DNA of 64,000 nt from Trichosphaerium sp. ATCC 40318 (taxonomy: Eukaryota; Protista; Tubulinea), in assembly GCA_038496445.1 (NCBI GenBank), contig JALMLS010000268.1, positions 393,299-457,298 of the forward strand. The letters run 5' to 3'. The position numbers were made by a program, and so were the translations under genes. How positions within the stretch are numbered: position 1 is the first letter of the stretch; every line of letters starts with the position of its first letter. The notes beneath the pieces were generated by a model. That model made no database searches, was not told the DNA's origin, and was given only the letters and a program-made list of their open reading frames with translations. Below are positions 12,174 through 26,694 of the stretch, in pieces.

Positions 12174-15100
12174 TTAGTTTGTTAGAACGAGGGTTGCTGT
12201 CTTGTGTTGTTGTATCTTTTCTTCTGTGAAGAATAATGTAGCGAACTCGTCTTTTTTAAACATTTGATACAAATCATCATAGTGCTTACTTCCAAGATGA
12301 CCAGAGTTACCGCCAGGCTACAGAGTCATCAACAAAAAGAAAAACAAAAAAGTAAATTCTAAAAGAAGGTACAATGATAAACTTTGTGTTATCCCAATCA
12401 CTCATATCCATAACCATTTTTAGGGACTGTTGAAACATATTCTTCTTGTATCCCAACTTGGAATCATCAAACTCATAGAAACTATTTTGCAAGAGTGCTA
12501 ATAACCGACAAAAGTTAACACGTGAAAAAAAATACAAAAAACAAGAGCTGTTAAAACTGTTTTTTTCTGAACCAACACAAAAAACGTACTGTCTCCATCT
12601 CCTCCGTTAGGGAAATTAGGATTAGAAAAAGCACCATCCAAAACTTTTATGAGACCCAAAGCATGTGGCATTTTGGCTGATTGGAAGTTACCCCATTGCC
12701 ATGAATCCACATCCTCTCCTTTGAAATTATCAGTTTAATGCTTATAAAAACCATGTGTTTTTTGTCAGAAAAGAGGGCGTACCAGCAATCTCCTGTAAGA
12801 CCTCAAGAGCTTCTTTTGTTGAATGTATAATAATATCTTTCAGTTCTTCCCTTGTCACCCATGGGTTATCTTCTTCATCGATTATCCTCATGAATCCGTT
12901 ACCAGTATGAGAGAAGAATTCATGAACTATTCTCAATTTGCTGCTACAGAGGGCATTAGAGAAAAACAAGCAAAAAAAAAAAAGAGAATACAAATTCAGA
13001 AAAAGTACACCCACACGTGCATGATGAAATAGAGAACATTTTAATTATAATGTATAGTGATAACTTTGCTTTATAATTCAGAAAAAAAACGTACTAGGAT
13101 CTACCAAGGAGAATCTGAGTCACATTTTTATCAGCCTTCAAAAAACAATGACACGTTAGTAAATATCTTAACTGTGTTTTTTATGATAGCATACCTTGCT
13201 GGAAACAATATTATGAAGCATTCTCCATCTCACAAAGCGGTACAATGTTGCAGCTGATGAAGTCTACAAACAATTAGCACCAAGAAAGAACAAAAGCACT
13301 AAAAAGTTTGCATACTATTGCCATTTCTCCGTCCCATTTAGCTATACGTTGGAGCACATCCTTTACTTGTCCTTCTTGGTCTTTTACCCAAGAGGAGGAT
13401 GCAAGGAACTGTGCAAACTTGAAACCAACCTTTGAAAATACATCCTTTTGCATGTCAAGGAAGGATTTAATATCCCACTTCTCGGTCTTGCTCAGAAGAG
13501 CTTCCATCCTTTAATATCAAATTTAGAACATACACTTACTAGAAAAAGCATTTATATTACCTTTCAGAACGCAGAGGAGATATGAAGGCGGTTCCCAAAC
13601 TATTCTTCACTGCTGAATCAGGTGAAGGTTTTTGATTACCAGTAAACAAAAAGTTTGTCTTCGGGTTGATAACACGTGGAAGCTCTTTAATAAGAGTTAG
13701 TATCATTTATAAACTATATATACGTACCTTTAGTATCCACATTGCCTTCCCAATCGTATTCTCCTGTCCATCCTGGCACAGGCATACCACCATTACCCTT
13801 TTTTTAAGTAAGTACAACATGGTGTTTGTTAAGTTGTTCTACCTTTTTACGGAGAGGTACAAGCCCAGTGAAAGAGTATCCAATGTTTCCTGATGTATCT
13901 GCGAATACTAGACCGTACGATCCAGACAAAGGAGTGATTATATCTTGAAAATCCTTGACAGTTTTTGATTTCTGGCCAAAAAGTTAGCTTAAAAGAGATG
14001 ATAGTTTTTTTTGTTTTTGAGAAAACAAGTGTGTTGCGTACCAATACTGCGTCAAATTGCAATCCGATATCATTTGGATAATGCAATACTGCACTAGATA
14101 GAGCAAAATGGTATTTAGCGCCTGTCCACTTTTTTTTGAGGTTGGACATTGTAGTTGCATCATTTTCAATAAATTCAGTCAAGAGAGGTCCATGAACAGT
14201 CTAAGCAGAAAAAGTCATCATAAGTATGTACGTACATGATCATAATATATTACCTCTACTACATCATATAATATAGGATCTTCTTTACCTTTGATGTAAA
14301 TCTTTTCTGTGGTTACTTTTGCATCAACCCATTTGTTCTTGTGCATGTATTTGTAAGATCCATCATCTTTGAATTTCTCAACAAATATATCCTCTTGATC
14401 AGCATAACCGAGTGTTACACTAAGAAAAAATACAATTACATCAATAAATAGTTCACTATAGTACGCACCCAATACCAACATAGTCTGAGTGACCAAGCAC
14501 AACTATTATTAAAAAATAAGTTCCTACAAGCACAAAAATAGGATTCATGACATACTTCCAGGATAACCTGGCATTGTTACTCCAGCAACATTTAATTTGC
14601 CGTCATGTGTACGTATATGACTCATATACCACATGGAAGGAGTGCGAAGCTCCAAATGAGGGTCATTGGCGAGCAAAGGCATTCCAGTTTTTGATTTTTC
14701 TCCTGATACAGCCTTAACCAAGCCAAGTAAGTACAACGACAATGACAAAAGTAAAGTCAGCTTACCCAAGCGTTACTGCCTGAAATTTTACCTGTATAAG
14801 GCTCTTCAGCACCCATACTTGCTCTACTCAAAAGATCATTCATATCAAGTCCCTTTGGAGATGAAACTAGAGCAGACATTATTTTACAGTTTTTTGGTTT
14901 TTTTTGCAAACGTACATCCAACTCCGTAATCCTGGCTTGCTTCAAAAAGCTGTGAAGAATGAGTATGCTATACAGATTGTAGAAGTTTACAAAACTCTTG
15001 TCGTACCCCAGCAAGCTCTGAGCCTATTGTTTGTTCAAGTACAACACGAGCAAGCTCTACACTAGATCCTCTAGCCATCTGTTTGCAAATGAAAAATACA

Positions 15101-16073
15101 AGCGTAAAGGAGTCTATTTCAGTCCAAGGTTCAGGCTTAGGCATACCAAGCTGTTTTAAACAAAAAAGTGTGAATAAGATGTTTATGTCAGAAATTCATA
15201 AACTGTTCACGTGATCTAACAGAACAACAATGCAACAAAAACTTGTGACGCACAATGTAAAATTCCAATGGTTTAACGTAATGCTCACTTTCGTAGTATG
15301 CGTTAATACCTGATACAAAAGCACGTGTACGTAGTACAGTCTCAACATCAGCATCAGATGAGTTCTATTAAAGTCAGTTGGGAATCATAATTCTAAAGCT
15401 GTTTTTTTTTTTTTTGGAATCACGTGCCCATGAAACAGCCATCCTGCGTAGTCCCAATGTTAACATCATCTTATCAACAGGTAATGCTTTTTCTCCAATT
15501 ATAGTACTTAATCTTCCAGAAACAAGGTTGCGATAGAACTCAATTGCAAAAGTCCTAAAAAAAGAAAAAAAGTTAGTTTAGCTTTTTGTTCCTTGGATAT
15601 TTAATTTGCCCGCTTTTCAAATGGGTTGTGTGAAATATAAAAACGTACCTATCCTGTGCCATGGCATAGCCTTGGCCAAATAGAGCTTGCTCAAAGTCAT
15701 CAGCAACGATATGAGGTACACCATAAATATCTCTTGTTATAGTGATGTTACCAGTAAGTAACGGCGATGATACCGTTATTGTGCCTGTTTTGAGGCGTTA
15801 GATAATTTATTACGCGCGTTGTGGTTTCTTGTGTTTTACCATCAAGTTTAGGTAGTGATAAGGAGCTAATAAGCTTAAAAATAGCTCTTAGAGTGAGACC
15901 AGCGCCAACAGTTAATTGCGATCTGATTTTTTCAGTTGCTTTATCCTAAAATGCACTTTGTTACGCGTATTAATCATATTGCAAAGGCGTACAACAACTT
16001 CTATGTTTGTTCGGATAAATAAAGGAACAAGAAGCGCTAACAATAGCACAACAACATTAACACACAACCCCAT
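12174..16073 (-). CDS. Penicillin acylase family (peptidase S45, Ntn-hydrolase; penicillin/AHL acylase-like), multi-exon
   Basis: N-terminal hydrophobic segment; ITRDIYGVPHI, GQGYAMAQDR, GSNAW (nucleophile Ser), GMPLLANDPHL..PSMWY, GQSGHLGSKHYDD. Confidence 0.9.
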
Positions 16074-16361
16074 GAGCGTTGGATGCCTTACAAGAATAAA
16101 CGACAGTAACTAAGTGGTTGACGTTTGTTGAAAAAAAAAACCAAAATAAAAACGCCTACTCTCGTTTTAGGTGATGACCCGAAAATTCATCAACGTAATT
16201 CCACTGAAACGCCAACAAATTGTCAATTGCAAGCATGAATTTATGTCGATGCCTACAACACTGGTGCAAAGTTAATCGTAATTTTGCTGCGAAAAGCAGA
16301 AAAAAAAGAGATCGGCAGTCAAAGTTATTCAGTATTCCTAACCAATCTCTACAGCGCACAA

Positions 16362-17039
16362 ATGGAGACGAAAAACACGGCTCTAACTAATAAACGTAAG
16401 CTCCATACCCTACAAAACGATTTATACACAAATAAAGTAGAGTTAGAGTATTCCCACCTATTTCACCTTCCAACAGAGATACAGCTTGATATTATTGACT
16501 TAGACCTTGAAGTTTATATAAAATGGGCTATACTATCAAAACATACAGCAACTACTTCAAGGTTTGACTGTGACATGAAAAAGCATGGAAAATGGCTCAA
16601 AATCAAATATCTTGAAGATGGCACGACATCACGTGTACAAACAGGTGCATTAGCAAAAGTGGTACAACAAGAGTATTGGACACATGGTTCACGAGAAGGA
16701 GAGTGCAAGCAGTGGCATGATAATGGACAATTGAGAATGAAGTACAATTACATTAATGGTAAAATGGAAGGTGAGCATAAGACATGGCATCTAAACGGTC
16801 AATTGTCTGCTCAGTGCCATTGTATCAAAGGAAAACTTGAAGGAGAGTACAGGGAGTGGTATGATAGTGGCCAATTGAAAGCAAAATGTAGTTATGTCAA
16901 AAGCAAGCTTGAAGGAGAATACAAGTCATGGCATAAAAACGGCAAGTTGATGGAGCAATGCAGCTATGTGCATAGTGTAAGAGTAGGAGAATATAGAAGC
17001 TGGTATGATAATGGTAGAGAAAACCAGCGGTATTTTTAG
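16362..17039 (+). CDS. Intronless F-box-like + MORN-variant (YwqK-like) repeat protein
   Basis: LFHLPTEIQLDII F-box-like motif; 24-aa repeats EGEYKxWxxNGQL..C.Y..GK. No introns. Confidence 0.85.
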   Translation: METKNTALTNKRKLHTLQNDLYTNKVELEYSHLFHLPTEIQLDIIDLDLEVYIKWAILSKHTATTSRFDCDMKKHGKWLKIKYLEDGTTSRVQTGALAKVVQQEYWTHGSREGECKQWHDNGQLRMKYNYINGKMEGEHKTWHLNGQLSAQCHCIKGKLEGEYREWYDSGQLKAKCSYVKSKLEGEYKSWHKNGKLMEQCSYVHSVRVGEYRSWYDNGRENQRYF

Positions 17040-17621
17040 TACTTTGTACTGATACTATACCTCTGCTATGTGATCCTAGGTGTTGGTTTGTTCTGTATTG
17101 TCAACAACAAGGTATTAACACAAAATCAACATGTTAAAAAAATCTAGCAATTAGAGCTGTACACACCATTTCAGCACAATAAATTAGAACAACCAGTGAA
17201 CCTATTAATTGCACTACACGAAGCACGTAAATGTAAACATGATAAAGCTTGGTGGATATACGGTCATCAATACAAGCAATGTAAGAAGTGGCAGGACAAC
17301 GATTGAATTATAAATGAGCGTAAGTAAAAGTACTTTAATGCTTCTCTTAATAAATAAATAGCATCGCAGCAAATTGACTTGTTTAAGTGTCATTAAAGCG
17401 TAAGAATAGCATATGATTTTACAACGCCAGCAGTTAATACGCTTATAGATTAGTTTTGTAGGTCTAAATGTCAAATTTTTCTTAAGCACTGAAAATTCAA
17501 GAAAGAAATTTTTTTATTTCATTTTACTTTTTCGAACAACCCATCCCATGCTGATGAACGTAATCATCTGGCTTTATATTAAAAGTTTTATCAGGTCCAA
17601 CTTTTTTTATACTTGTCGGGT

Positions 17622-20600
17622 TTATGCAACGGAACGTTGAGTAAGGATTCTCTTGACAAAAACTTCAAATCCCTTTAAATCTTTTGCTCTATTTGAAGAA
17701 AAAAATGTTAAGTTCTAGCAAACTATTATTCATTGTACCTCAATGGCATTGTTTGGAGAATATTGTATATACTATTGTGAGTCTTTGTATAATTATCATA
17801 CGTTATATCAACACCAACACGTCGAGACAAAGCGAGCAAATAAACCTTTTTTAAAAAAAATGAGAAAAAACAATCCAACAAAAAAAATAAATTTTGTTTT
17901 GGCTTAAAATTAGCTACCTCAATATGACCCACAAGCATCTTTGCTGATGATCTAGGCTTTTTTGCGTATAGCCTTGCGAAAACATCTTTCGATTGCTTCA
18001 AACGAGCGACAGAGTTTTGGGTTTTGTTGATACTAGAAAAAAATATTAAGATTTTATTTCTTACTGTAAAGAAATTGCTTTAGGTTTTGTTGTTGCCGGC
18101 GCAACTATTCAATTTACCAGGAACAATATCGTAAAAAAATTATACTAAAATATCATATGGTTACCTGTGTACAATCAAAAGAGCTATGGCTATTCTCATA
18201 GCGACAACTGTTTGAAAACGCGTCGCTTTCATATAACTAAAAATTTGTGATTAGCAATTTAATCCTACTGCACGTGGACATACCTCTCCATATGTGTCAA
18301 CGCCACCATGAGTTCGGTACCGTTAGGATCACCTCCACGAATGCCAGCTTCATAACTGGCAATACCAGCACAGTACCTTTAAAGCAAGTCAGTTGATTGT
18401 TTGACTGCTCAAAAATTTCTTGTGCTAATTGACGTACCACGTGAGTCTATGATTACTAGCTAATTCCCAAGACTTATCCAAAGCTTTTGATGCGTCTATC
18501 AAATGTCTTACACCAACATTAGCCATAGTCTTTGGTCGTACACCCTTGTTTAAGCGAAAAAGTTAGTATTTTTCAACTAAAGAAAAAAAAGGCACCTCTT
18601 CCAACAGGGTCAGACCTATCGCTGATTGTATTGTGACTAGAGTCTTTACTGTAGGTACAATAGCTTCAATATCTCTAACAAAAAATTTAAATGATCCAGA
18701 CGCTTTCAAACCAACACTCAAATCACGTGCAACATCTAAAAACATAAGTCTTCAATTTGAAAAAAACAATTATGGCGTCACCTCTTTTTAACTGCACGCC
18801 AAGTGCTTGTTGTAAGTAATAGACACCGTATTCCTTTTCTGCATTTGGGAAGGACTTCCATACTTTGAATTTTTTACCATTCTCTTTCCTAGTCAAGGCA
18901 ATATCTCCTACAAAAAGAATGTTACACTGTGCTACTTGAAACCTTGTTTTATACCAAAATAAGATAATATTTCATTTTTTCCTTCCTTTTGCCAATAATC
19001 AACTGCAGTACGATTGAAAGTGATGAGGTTCATATTCTCAACAATTACAGCCTAAAGCAAATGGTTATGAAACCTAAAACAAAATCTCCAACAGTTGCAG
19101 AGATGTGTCTTTGAATAAATACCTTTGCCTTGGCTGGATCTGGTTTTTTCAGAACGATTTCCCTCAACTGCTTAGCAGCCCTTGATTTTATGACACGTAG
19201 CGCCATTAAAAATAAAAGCGTTGTTTGGACCTAACACGTGTCAGTCACGTGTCAATTGCAGTTATAAAGAATCTAATGCCAAAAAACAAAAAAAAAAAAA
19301 CTTGCTTACGTTTTTGGATGATGTGTGGTGTTTGAGTAGACCCAAATGGCGTATATTTATGCCTTGTTGATGCATACGACCAAAAATACTCAATTTCTTA
19401 GATAGTATATCCGTTTGTATTTCAATCCGTTGAGCATGCTCTAAAACATGGTCAACCGGTTTCTTTTTTTCTTTTTGCCTTTTTTTTCGCTTCAAAACTC
19501 ATACGTGGTATTACTCTATCGTATAATCTTGATGTAATATCTAAAACTGCACGCTCGTGTTTCTCTCTATGATCATCCCACTTCTGAAATCTGAAGGAAA
19601 CATAAACAAAAAAGTCTCATTCTTCATAACATACCCGCTAAAACAATCTGAGCTCATTGGCTCACCATTCCATTGCAACAACTCTGGACGCAGAACTAAT
19701 ATGCGTATAAATAGATCATGTCAAAATACCAGTTCTTGTACTAACCTCTAGAGAATATAACATGTGGATACCTTTTGATATACTTCACACTGGCCTCAGG
19801 CGGCATCAACCTTGCAATATCTGGAAGGTAAGTAACTTATTGTGGTAATTTTGACGAAAAGATACACCGTACTTGTAACATAGTAACGCTTATCTGTACC
19901 CTTGTATATAGCCAAGTCACCAGGACCAACAATCGATGTATCTTTGACTTTGTGTTTAAGCAATCGAAGCTCCTAAATGATAAAATAATAATTAATCTAA
20001 GCTATCAAACAACAAGCCATGATATTTGTCAAAGTACACGTGCCTTACCAAGTCTTATCATTAACCTTTCGGCTTTATGATCTTTATTTACAATAGTAAA
20101 TCCTTGATTCGGACTACCATAACTACACATAGGTAAGTATAGTCACTGGATATTTAAAGCGTACACTACTGAACTCTGATCGATTGGCATTTTTGCTTTC
20201 TGTAAAAAACTCTTTAGCAACAACTGTAAACAATGTAACGCTTTACGTACAGCAATGACACGTAGTCCCATATAACTTACAAGACAAATAAGTGGACAAC
20301 TCAGACCATCTATATTAGCAGTAACAACATAATTGTAAGCAACCAACTCGTTTGCCTAATAAAACTGTTGTAAGTTTTTGTCCTTTAAATATAGAGTATG
20401 TACAGCTGCTTTCAGAGCGCGTTCCAAGTTTGGTTCAGGACCTCCGTGGATCCATGCACCATTATCAACACGTATATCATCGATAAAAGTACATGTGATA
20501 TCATCACAATCGAAATGAACATCATCATCGCTGTGCATTGGCATTTCCTTTCATAGAATAAATTTCGCATGTAATTTTTTATCTTTTTTTTGGTTTTTTC

Positions 20601-21772
20601 AACTTTTATCACTTATTATTTTTGCCTAACCTTTGTTCCTCCTGCTTGATAATGCTCTATAATAATCGCTTTGGCATATAAAGTTGCTTTTTCTTTAAAT
20701 TCCATCCATAAATCTGTGAGATATTGATTTCTTTCTGGTAAAATCTCGCTTTGTTCTACAGCGCATTGGTACCTTCCCACTCTATTAATGATTTATAAAT
20801 AACATACCAAATACCTATCATTAAGCGTCCCTGTACTATCAGGTACAACAAATGGCATAACAGCAGTCGAATCAGACATCTACAGCAACTCTAATCAACA
20901 ACAAAAGGCAACAAATCATCCAAATACCTTAGAGCGCCTTGAAGACTTTGATCTCAAACTCCCTGTGTCTCCTCTGTCTATATGTACACCGTACGGTCCC
21001 AAGTGTCTATAAACAAGAACACGTGAGCTTATAGAAAAAGATACAAAAAAACGTGATTTTGTACAACAAAGGCGCCGTAGCTGCGCTTTTTGATTCAACA
21101 GCCGCCTCAAGAGAGTCCTTCATAAAGACGCTAGGTAGCCGAGTTTCGAACAACGCTACATCAAGCTCTACCATCTTTTCCTTTATAAATGAATTAAAAC
21201 AACATGTATTAACAAAAATCCACGTGTTAAACAAAATACACGCTGTTTTGTCACGTGACGAGAAAAATAAAAAGCACAACAACCCAAAAAAAAAAAAAGA
21301 ACATGAACGTCATCTTAAAATAACAAGGTTACCTTAGTATCACTAGTGTTTCCATTTGTCTAAAAAACTAGTCATTCTCACAGTCTTCACTACGTTTTTA
21401 AAAAAAACACTCCAAAATACGTACCACAAATACGAGGTCTCCAGTAAGAGCTTCATCTACACACGTGTCAATAAAAAATGAAGTAAAAAAGACGTGAAAC
21501 TTACCGATTGAGCTCTCCGGTGTTACAAACGCCTCGTCTGAATCTTCATCAGTCTTTATATCTTTGGGAACAGGTTCGCTCTCTTGTTCTTGTTTTTCTA
21601 GACGGGCTTTCTTCCTAGCGGCACGTGCGGCTCTTCGAGCTCTCGGAGACTGTGGTTCAGGGCTAGAGAGGCCTTTCGCGTTACTTACAGTATGTGCCCG
21701 GTTTCTATGCTTTCCAGAGGATGATCCGCGTGCGCTTTTGGCCCTTTTTGGACCTGACGCATTATAAGCCAT
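17622..21772 (-). CDS. Clustered-mitochondria (CLU) domain-containing protein, multi-exon
   Basis: AANELVAY..PLICLVSYMGLRVIA..MPI..YGS, GPGDLAIYKGTDKRYY..DIARLMPPE, LRPELL..PMSSDCF, MHQQGINIRHLG. Basic/acidic N-terminal extension. Ends are approximate. Confidence 0.75.
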
Positions 21773-21984
21773 TCCGTGACACTGTTGTAACTGGTTGTGA
21801 GAAGTGATAAAGCAAAATAAAAACAAACAACAGTCAAGTTCAGTCGTGATAATATTATCTTTTTTTATTTCAGTTCATCCTTACCCGAATGGTGGACTTT
21901 ATTGCAAAGAATACTCCTTGATATTCGGAGCATGCCTTGTCGGCTCATATGGAGCAAAAAACTAGATTGTCAACAAGAGTTGTT

Positions 21985-23825
21985 CTACGTGATGTTCAAG
22001 TGAATAATCGACCGAACTATATCTTCTGTCATAAAATCAACTATTATTATATTCATGTGGTCTTCCCACTCATTAGCGTGTATCGTCTTGAACAGAACCT
22101 GTATACAGAACACAAATTAGTACTCTAAATCAACCAATATCATACTGCAAACAACAACAAAAACTGGCCTGGGTACCTTGTTTATCATCTTAGAGAAGCC
22201 TTTGATTGTACCTGATGAAAAAAGAAAAAACAGTCAGTGATCACCAGTGCACAACGTGCACAACTTTTTTGTACGAAAATGTGATAGCTCTAAACGTACC
22301 AGAAAATCCAGGTATTGTACCCTTTATCACTCTATTAACATCTGGTGTTAGAATCGCTTGTAGTACAAATAGTTGTTGATCTGAACGTTGTGTAACAAAT
22401 GATTTTAACTTCTCTACCAAGTCATGGACATTAGCGCTATTAGCCCAAGGTGAAATGATAGTATTCCTTGACCAACATTTACTCTGATAAGTCGACTGTG
22501 AATCATCATCATGATAGATAGAAATGACTAAACACAAGTCAATACAGGGTCAACAAAAAAAAATGGAACAAAAAAAGATCTCAGGTTTACCTCTGTGTGG
22601 TGTTTTCCATAGTTCTGATAGAACTATCGTTGGTTTTATTGTCTTGGGCGCTAACAGATCTCCAAATGTGTTGCGCAGTATAGTAGTCAATGCCTTAAAT
22701 TAATGAGCATGTGATCTTTTGATCCATCAAAAAAAAAAGTGTATTTTGTACTTGATGGTTTTGACGTGACATCTGGAAGAAATGGTTAAAATCGAGGATG
22801 ATGACTTCCTTAGGATTTTCTCGTATAAGATCAACAATGGCAGTGAGTAATGGCATTACTTCAGAATCGTAAAATCCGTGACAAGTGTGGAACTTTAGTA
22901 CACTATCGCTATCCTTCATAATGTCAAAACATCAACAGATTGTCTCTTTGTTGGTACCTTAGGAGCAATACGAAGATCAAAATAACGAACACCTTTTTGA
23001 AGTTGTGTGACTAGATCCCATGATTGTGTTCTGGACCATTTAGAGGCGATAAGTTCTAACACATGAGTTAATTTTCATAAAAACTTGTATCTATTTATAC
23101 TTACTAGGGATGTAACCAAGCATACTCTTCTCAAGTCTACCTTCGAGTTCAGGATGAGTCTTATACATGTCAGGAGCGATATCTGATTTTACTGAAATCG
23201 TGGAAGTACCTGTATACAACACGTGTTACAAAGAGGTTGAAGTAAGAACACAACTCCAAAAGACTTTCTTCAAATATTGTGTGACAATGCTTAACAGAAA
23301 ACGTACCAGAGTCGTGACTACCAGGAATGTTCAAATAATTCAGTTGTTTGTTACCAATTTTATCGCTGTAATGTGTCATCCAACCGACAAGAGCCACTGG
23401 CGGTTTCTTTTTTTTGTTGCTTTTCTTTGATTTCGGGCTTTTCTTTTCTGGGTTGACAGCCGGTACGATTTCCTCAATTGGTGCCTTTGAAGCAGCAACA
23501 GGCTCAGTTTTCTCTTTTTTGGCTTTTTTTTCTTTCTTCTTTTTGACAACGTGGAAGTCATTTACTTGTAACGAAGCTGCTACAGCTTTTTCTGGTACGC
23601 CTAGAACCCAAGTTAGCACCTGTGATAAGGCAAGTGTTGCTTGTGACGATTTAGTGACGAATACTAACCAGTAGTAGTTCTGGCTTGCTTCACACGCGGA
23701 GCAGTTAAATATAAAGCTGTATATTGCGTTATGGAGCTTATGCGCCTAGACACACGAAGAACGCTACGTAAGTCCTTTACATCGATTTTCTCTAACACTA
23801 GAGCCCATAGAGAGTCCGACAACAT
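21985..23825 (-). CDS. PI-PLC X domain-containing protein (PLCXD-like)
   Basis: WM..LNYLNIPGSHDSGT, QLQKGVRYFDLR, CHG, NPKEVIILDFNHF, LQAILTP, NIIIVDF. Confidence 0.88.
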
Positions 23826-24212
23826 TTGTACAGATTTATTGTAAAACGTAGTATCTGCTAATTAGTAGTTAATATAACAAGTTTTCGACCGGGTAATCAT
23901 TGCAGTACCGTTTAGCTTGTATTCCGCGTGTTGTGAAAATCAAAAAAGTTGCGCTATTTTCTTCCTTGCTTCCCGCCGATAAGTCACTTGGACAAAACAT
24001 CTTTTTACGCCTGTTCCCTATTGTATGCACCCTTGCCCTGTTGTACAAACGAGATTCTGTTGCAACAGTTCGTCACGTGTATTGAAATAATACCTGCAGA
24101 ACTATCACCATCTTAAATGTGGGTTTTGGGCGTGTGATGACCTTTTGAACGATGATGCTAAGGCACAAAACGTAATAAGTTTCGAGAACAAACAGCCTAC
24201 GTTATACGATAC

Positions 24213-26168
24213 ATGGCGCGAGTACGGTTGCGTTGTTGCTAGTTTTGAGTAATCATAGATTAGTCTCCACTACAATACAGCCGATTAAGGTTGTGGGACG
24301 TTAGTACAACCGTGGTTCCCCGAGAGATATCTGCTAGGCTTAATCGCAGCAAATTTGAAGCGTTGGCGGCACGAAAGAGCATTTACGTTTTAGATGACTT
24401 TTATAACGAAAAGCGCATCGCTGGGGAGCCATTTCTAAGGTGTGTCATTAAAAATTCTGTTACAAATTGACACTTTTCAGCAATACTACTAATGGAGCGT
24501 CCACCCAGATAATGAACGCATTTCCAGAGCATAATTGGCACTTTTGGAAATTTGAGTGCGTAAATACGGATAGAATCAGCTATCGAGCATCTCTGAGCGT
24601 AGCGAGACCATATTAAAACCATCTCAACACGCTCAACGGTTTTTTTGTTTTTTCACATTTAACGACTCCTAAAACTTGCCTAGCACGAGCCCATACGCTC
24701 AATGGAATATCAAGGAGAATGTGCAATTATTTTTTGAGGTTCTAGCCGAGCAATATAACTTGAAAGTACTGGATGATTTGTACCAAGTATGCTTCATTTT
24801 CTTTCCATCTCTTTGACACTTTGATTCACGTTTACTACTAAGGTGACTGTAGCGATGATCAAGGACAATGGTGGGAGCCCTATGCTTGAAGGTTATCATA
24901 GAGGATCACCAGCGCTTGCTATTTCGACGACGTTCCCCGAATACTCATGGAACATGAGGAGTTTCAGGTTAAGATTGTCCACGACCATTTAACTAGTTGT
25001 TTAACTTGAGATATATAGGATAAAGAAGGGATACTGGGATCAAGTTCATAACCAAAGAGAGTTATTTGATGAGATAGGTAGACGTGCTGGGGTTAAGAAA
25101 CCGTCAGATTGGTACCACGTTAGTATTGGAACTATTACAAAGCACGGTGGACATCCTATTTTGAATAAAAGGTGAGTTACAAGATCATCATTTTGTGCTA
25201 ACAATACCTAGATATGGTGGTTCTGTACTTCGTGCACTAGAATCTATGTATCCTGACTATGAGTGGATACCTTGGAAGTTCAAGTACGAGTTTTTGCAAA
25301 AACCTTTACTGAGAAATAAACTGATCGTTTTCGTAGAAACTCACGACACTACTGGACAAAACTCCCACATCAATGTGAATATTTCGAATATGTTGGTGAG
25401 AAGTTGCGTGCCATGTGCTTTGATGATTGGTATGCTATCTCTGGACCATCCGTCAAGGCATATGGTGGTAATACTCTCATTGATTCTTTGTACGCTTCAG
25501 TTCAAAAACCTGTTAATCACGTGTCACTTACAGTAAGGTCAAAGGTATAATGGTTCTCCTTCCCAAGCCCTAATGAGAATATACCCTAATTACAACTGGG
25601 ATATTACCAAATACAAGTACGTCTAGTGGTTTACCTTGCCTACTTCGGGTTTTTTTCGATACTGTTTTTCTTGTACCCATTTTTTTTGGTTTAGTTTAGC
25701 TCCGAGAAACTTTTGGAATTCTCTTAACAATGTCGCTAAAGCAATAATGAAAGTAGAAGAAGATAACGAGATTGTGAAGGTAGAGCAATGGTACGTCGAC
25801 CTTTCTTGGATAACCGTTACAAAAAAGATTTCTTTCGCGAAGTTTTGCGAGCGAAGATTTCAGTTGCAACTTTTTTACTTTACGAAAGCTTTTTCTTATG
25901 GAGTCAAAAACTAATTTTTTAAAGGTATCGTGTCACTTGTAAAAATCTACAAGATGCTTCTGTACAAGGTCTTATCAAGAAATTTCCAAAAGTATTAGCT
26001 TTAGTGTATCCTGAAGTGAACTGGGATTGGGCACTATTCGCAAAGCGAGATAAACGAGGAACACAAACGTATTACATGTATTTCCTTACTTTCTTTTTTT
26101 GACATTTTTCATTCAGGTCTCTTCAATCCTGCACACGTCAATTATTAGCTAATAAGCACGCTACATAA
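24213..26168 (+). CDS. Uncharacterised Trp-rich tandem-repeat protein (units like GYW..NQR..FD..DWY..GG..L..Y.GS..AL..YP.Y.W.PWKF)
   Basis: About four repeat units spread over GT-AG exons, e.g. KKGYWDQVHNQRELFDEIG..SDWYHV, YGGSVLRALESMYPDYEWIPWKF, APRNFWNS. Confidence 0.7.
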
Positions 26169-26694
26169 CGAAATACACTTACAGAAAAGATAATAGAAGA
26201 GTAATTCCAGAAGAGATGCAGCAATCCAACGCACCAAAAAAAGCGAAAAACGCAAGCCATCCATGCACATAAGGCAGTTTGGTGCCACCAGATCCAGGAC
26301 AAGATGCCTGAGGTAAAGAGCACAACGTGAAGTTACAAATCCAAGAAACTACAACTAGTATCCACGCCAGTACTTGCAAGAAAAAAACAAGCGAACAATG
26401 TTTCCAAAAAAAGATAATTTATTATAGATGGATTAATGTCAACCGCCGAATAATTAATTCTCATTTTTTTTCTCCCACGCGACAGTAGTAGGTTGTGGGC
26501 AAAAAAAAGTCATCCAAAAAAAAAAAGAGAAACTACGTTTGGTTTTTGTGTTGTTCAGTGCTCGTCTTTGTCGATCTCGTTATAAGGGACGCGAAGCGTG
26601 CCAATCCAGAACACCTCTTGCTAAAGCTTTTATGGTTTTTAACCGCGTGGCTTTACCGTGTGTCTATTTTTTTTTGAAAGGCTTGTTTTTGCCT

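Noticed and set aside
16284-17039. Bacterial YwqJK toxin-antitoxin system
   Set aside because: Only the repeat fold is shared; no toxin partner, eukaryotic context, F-box-like N-terminus.
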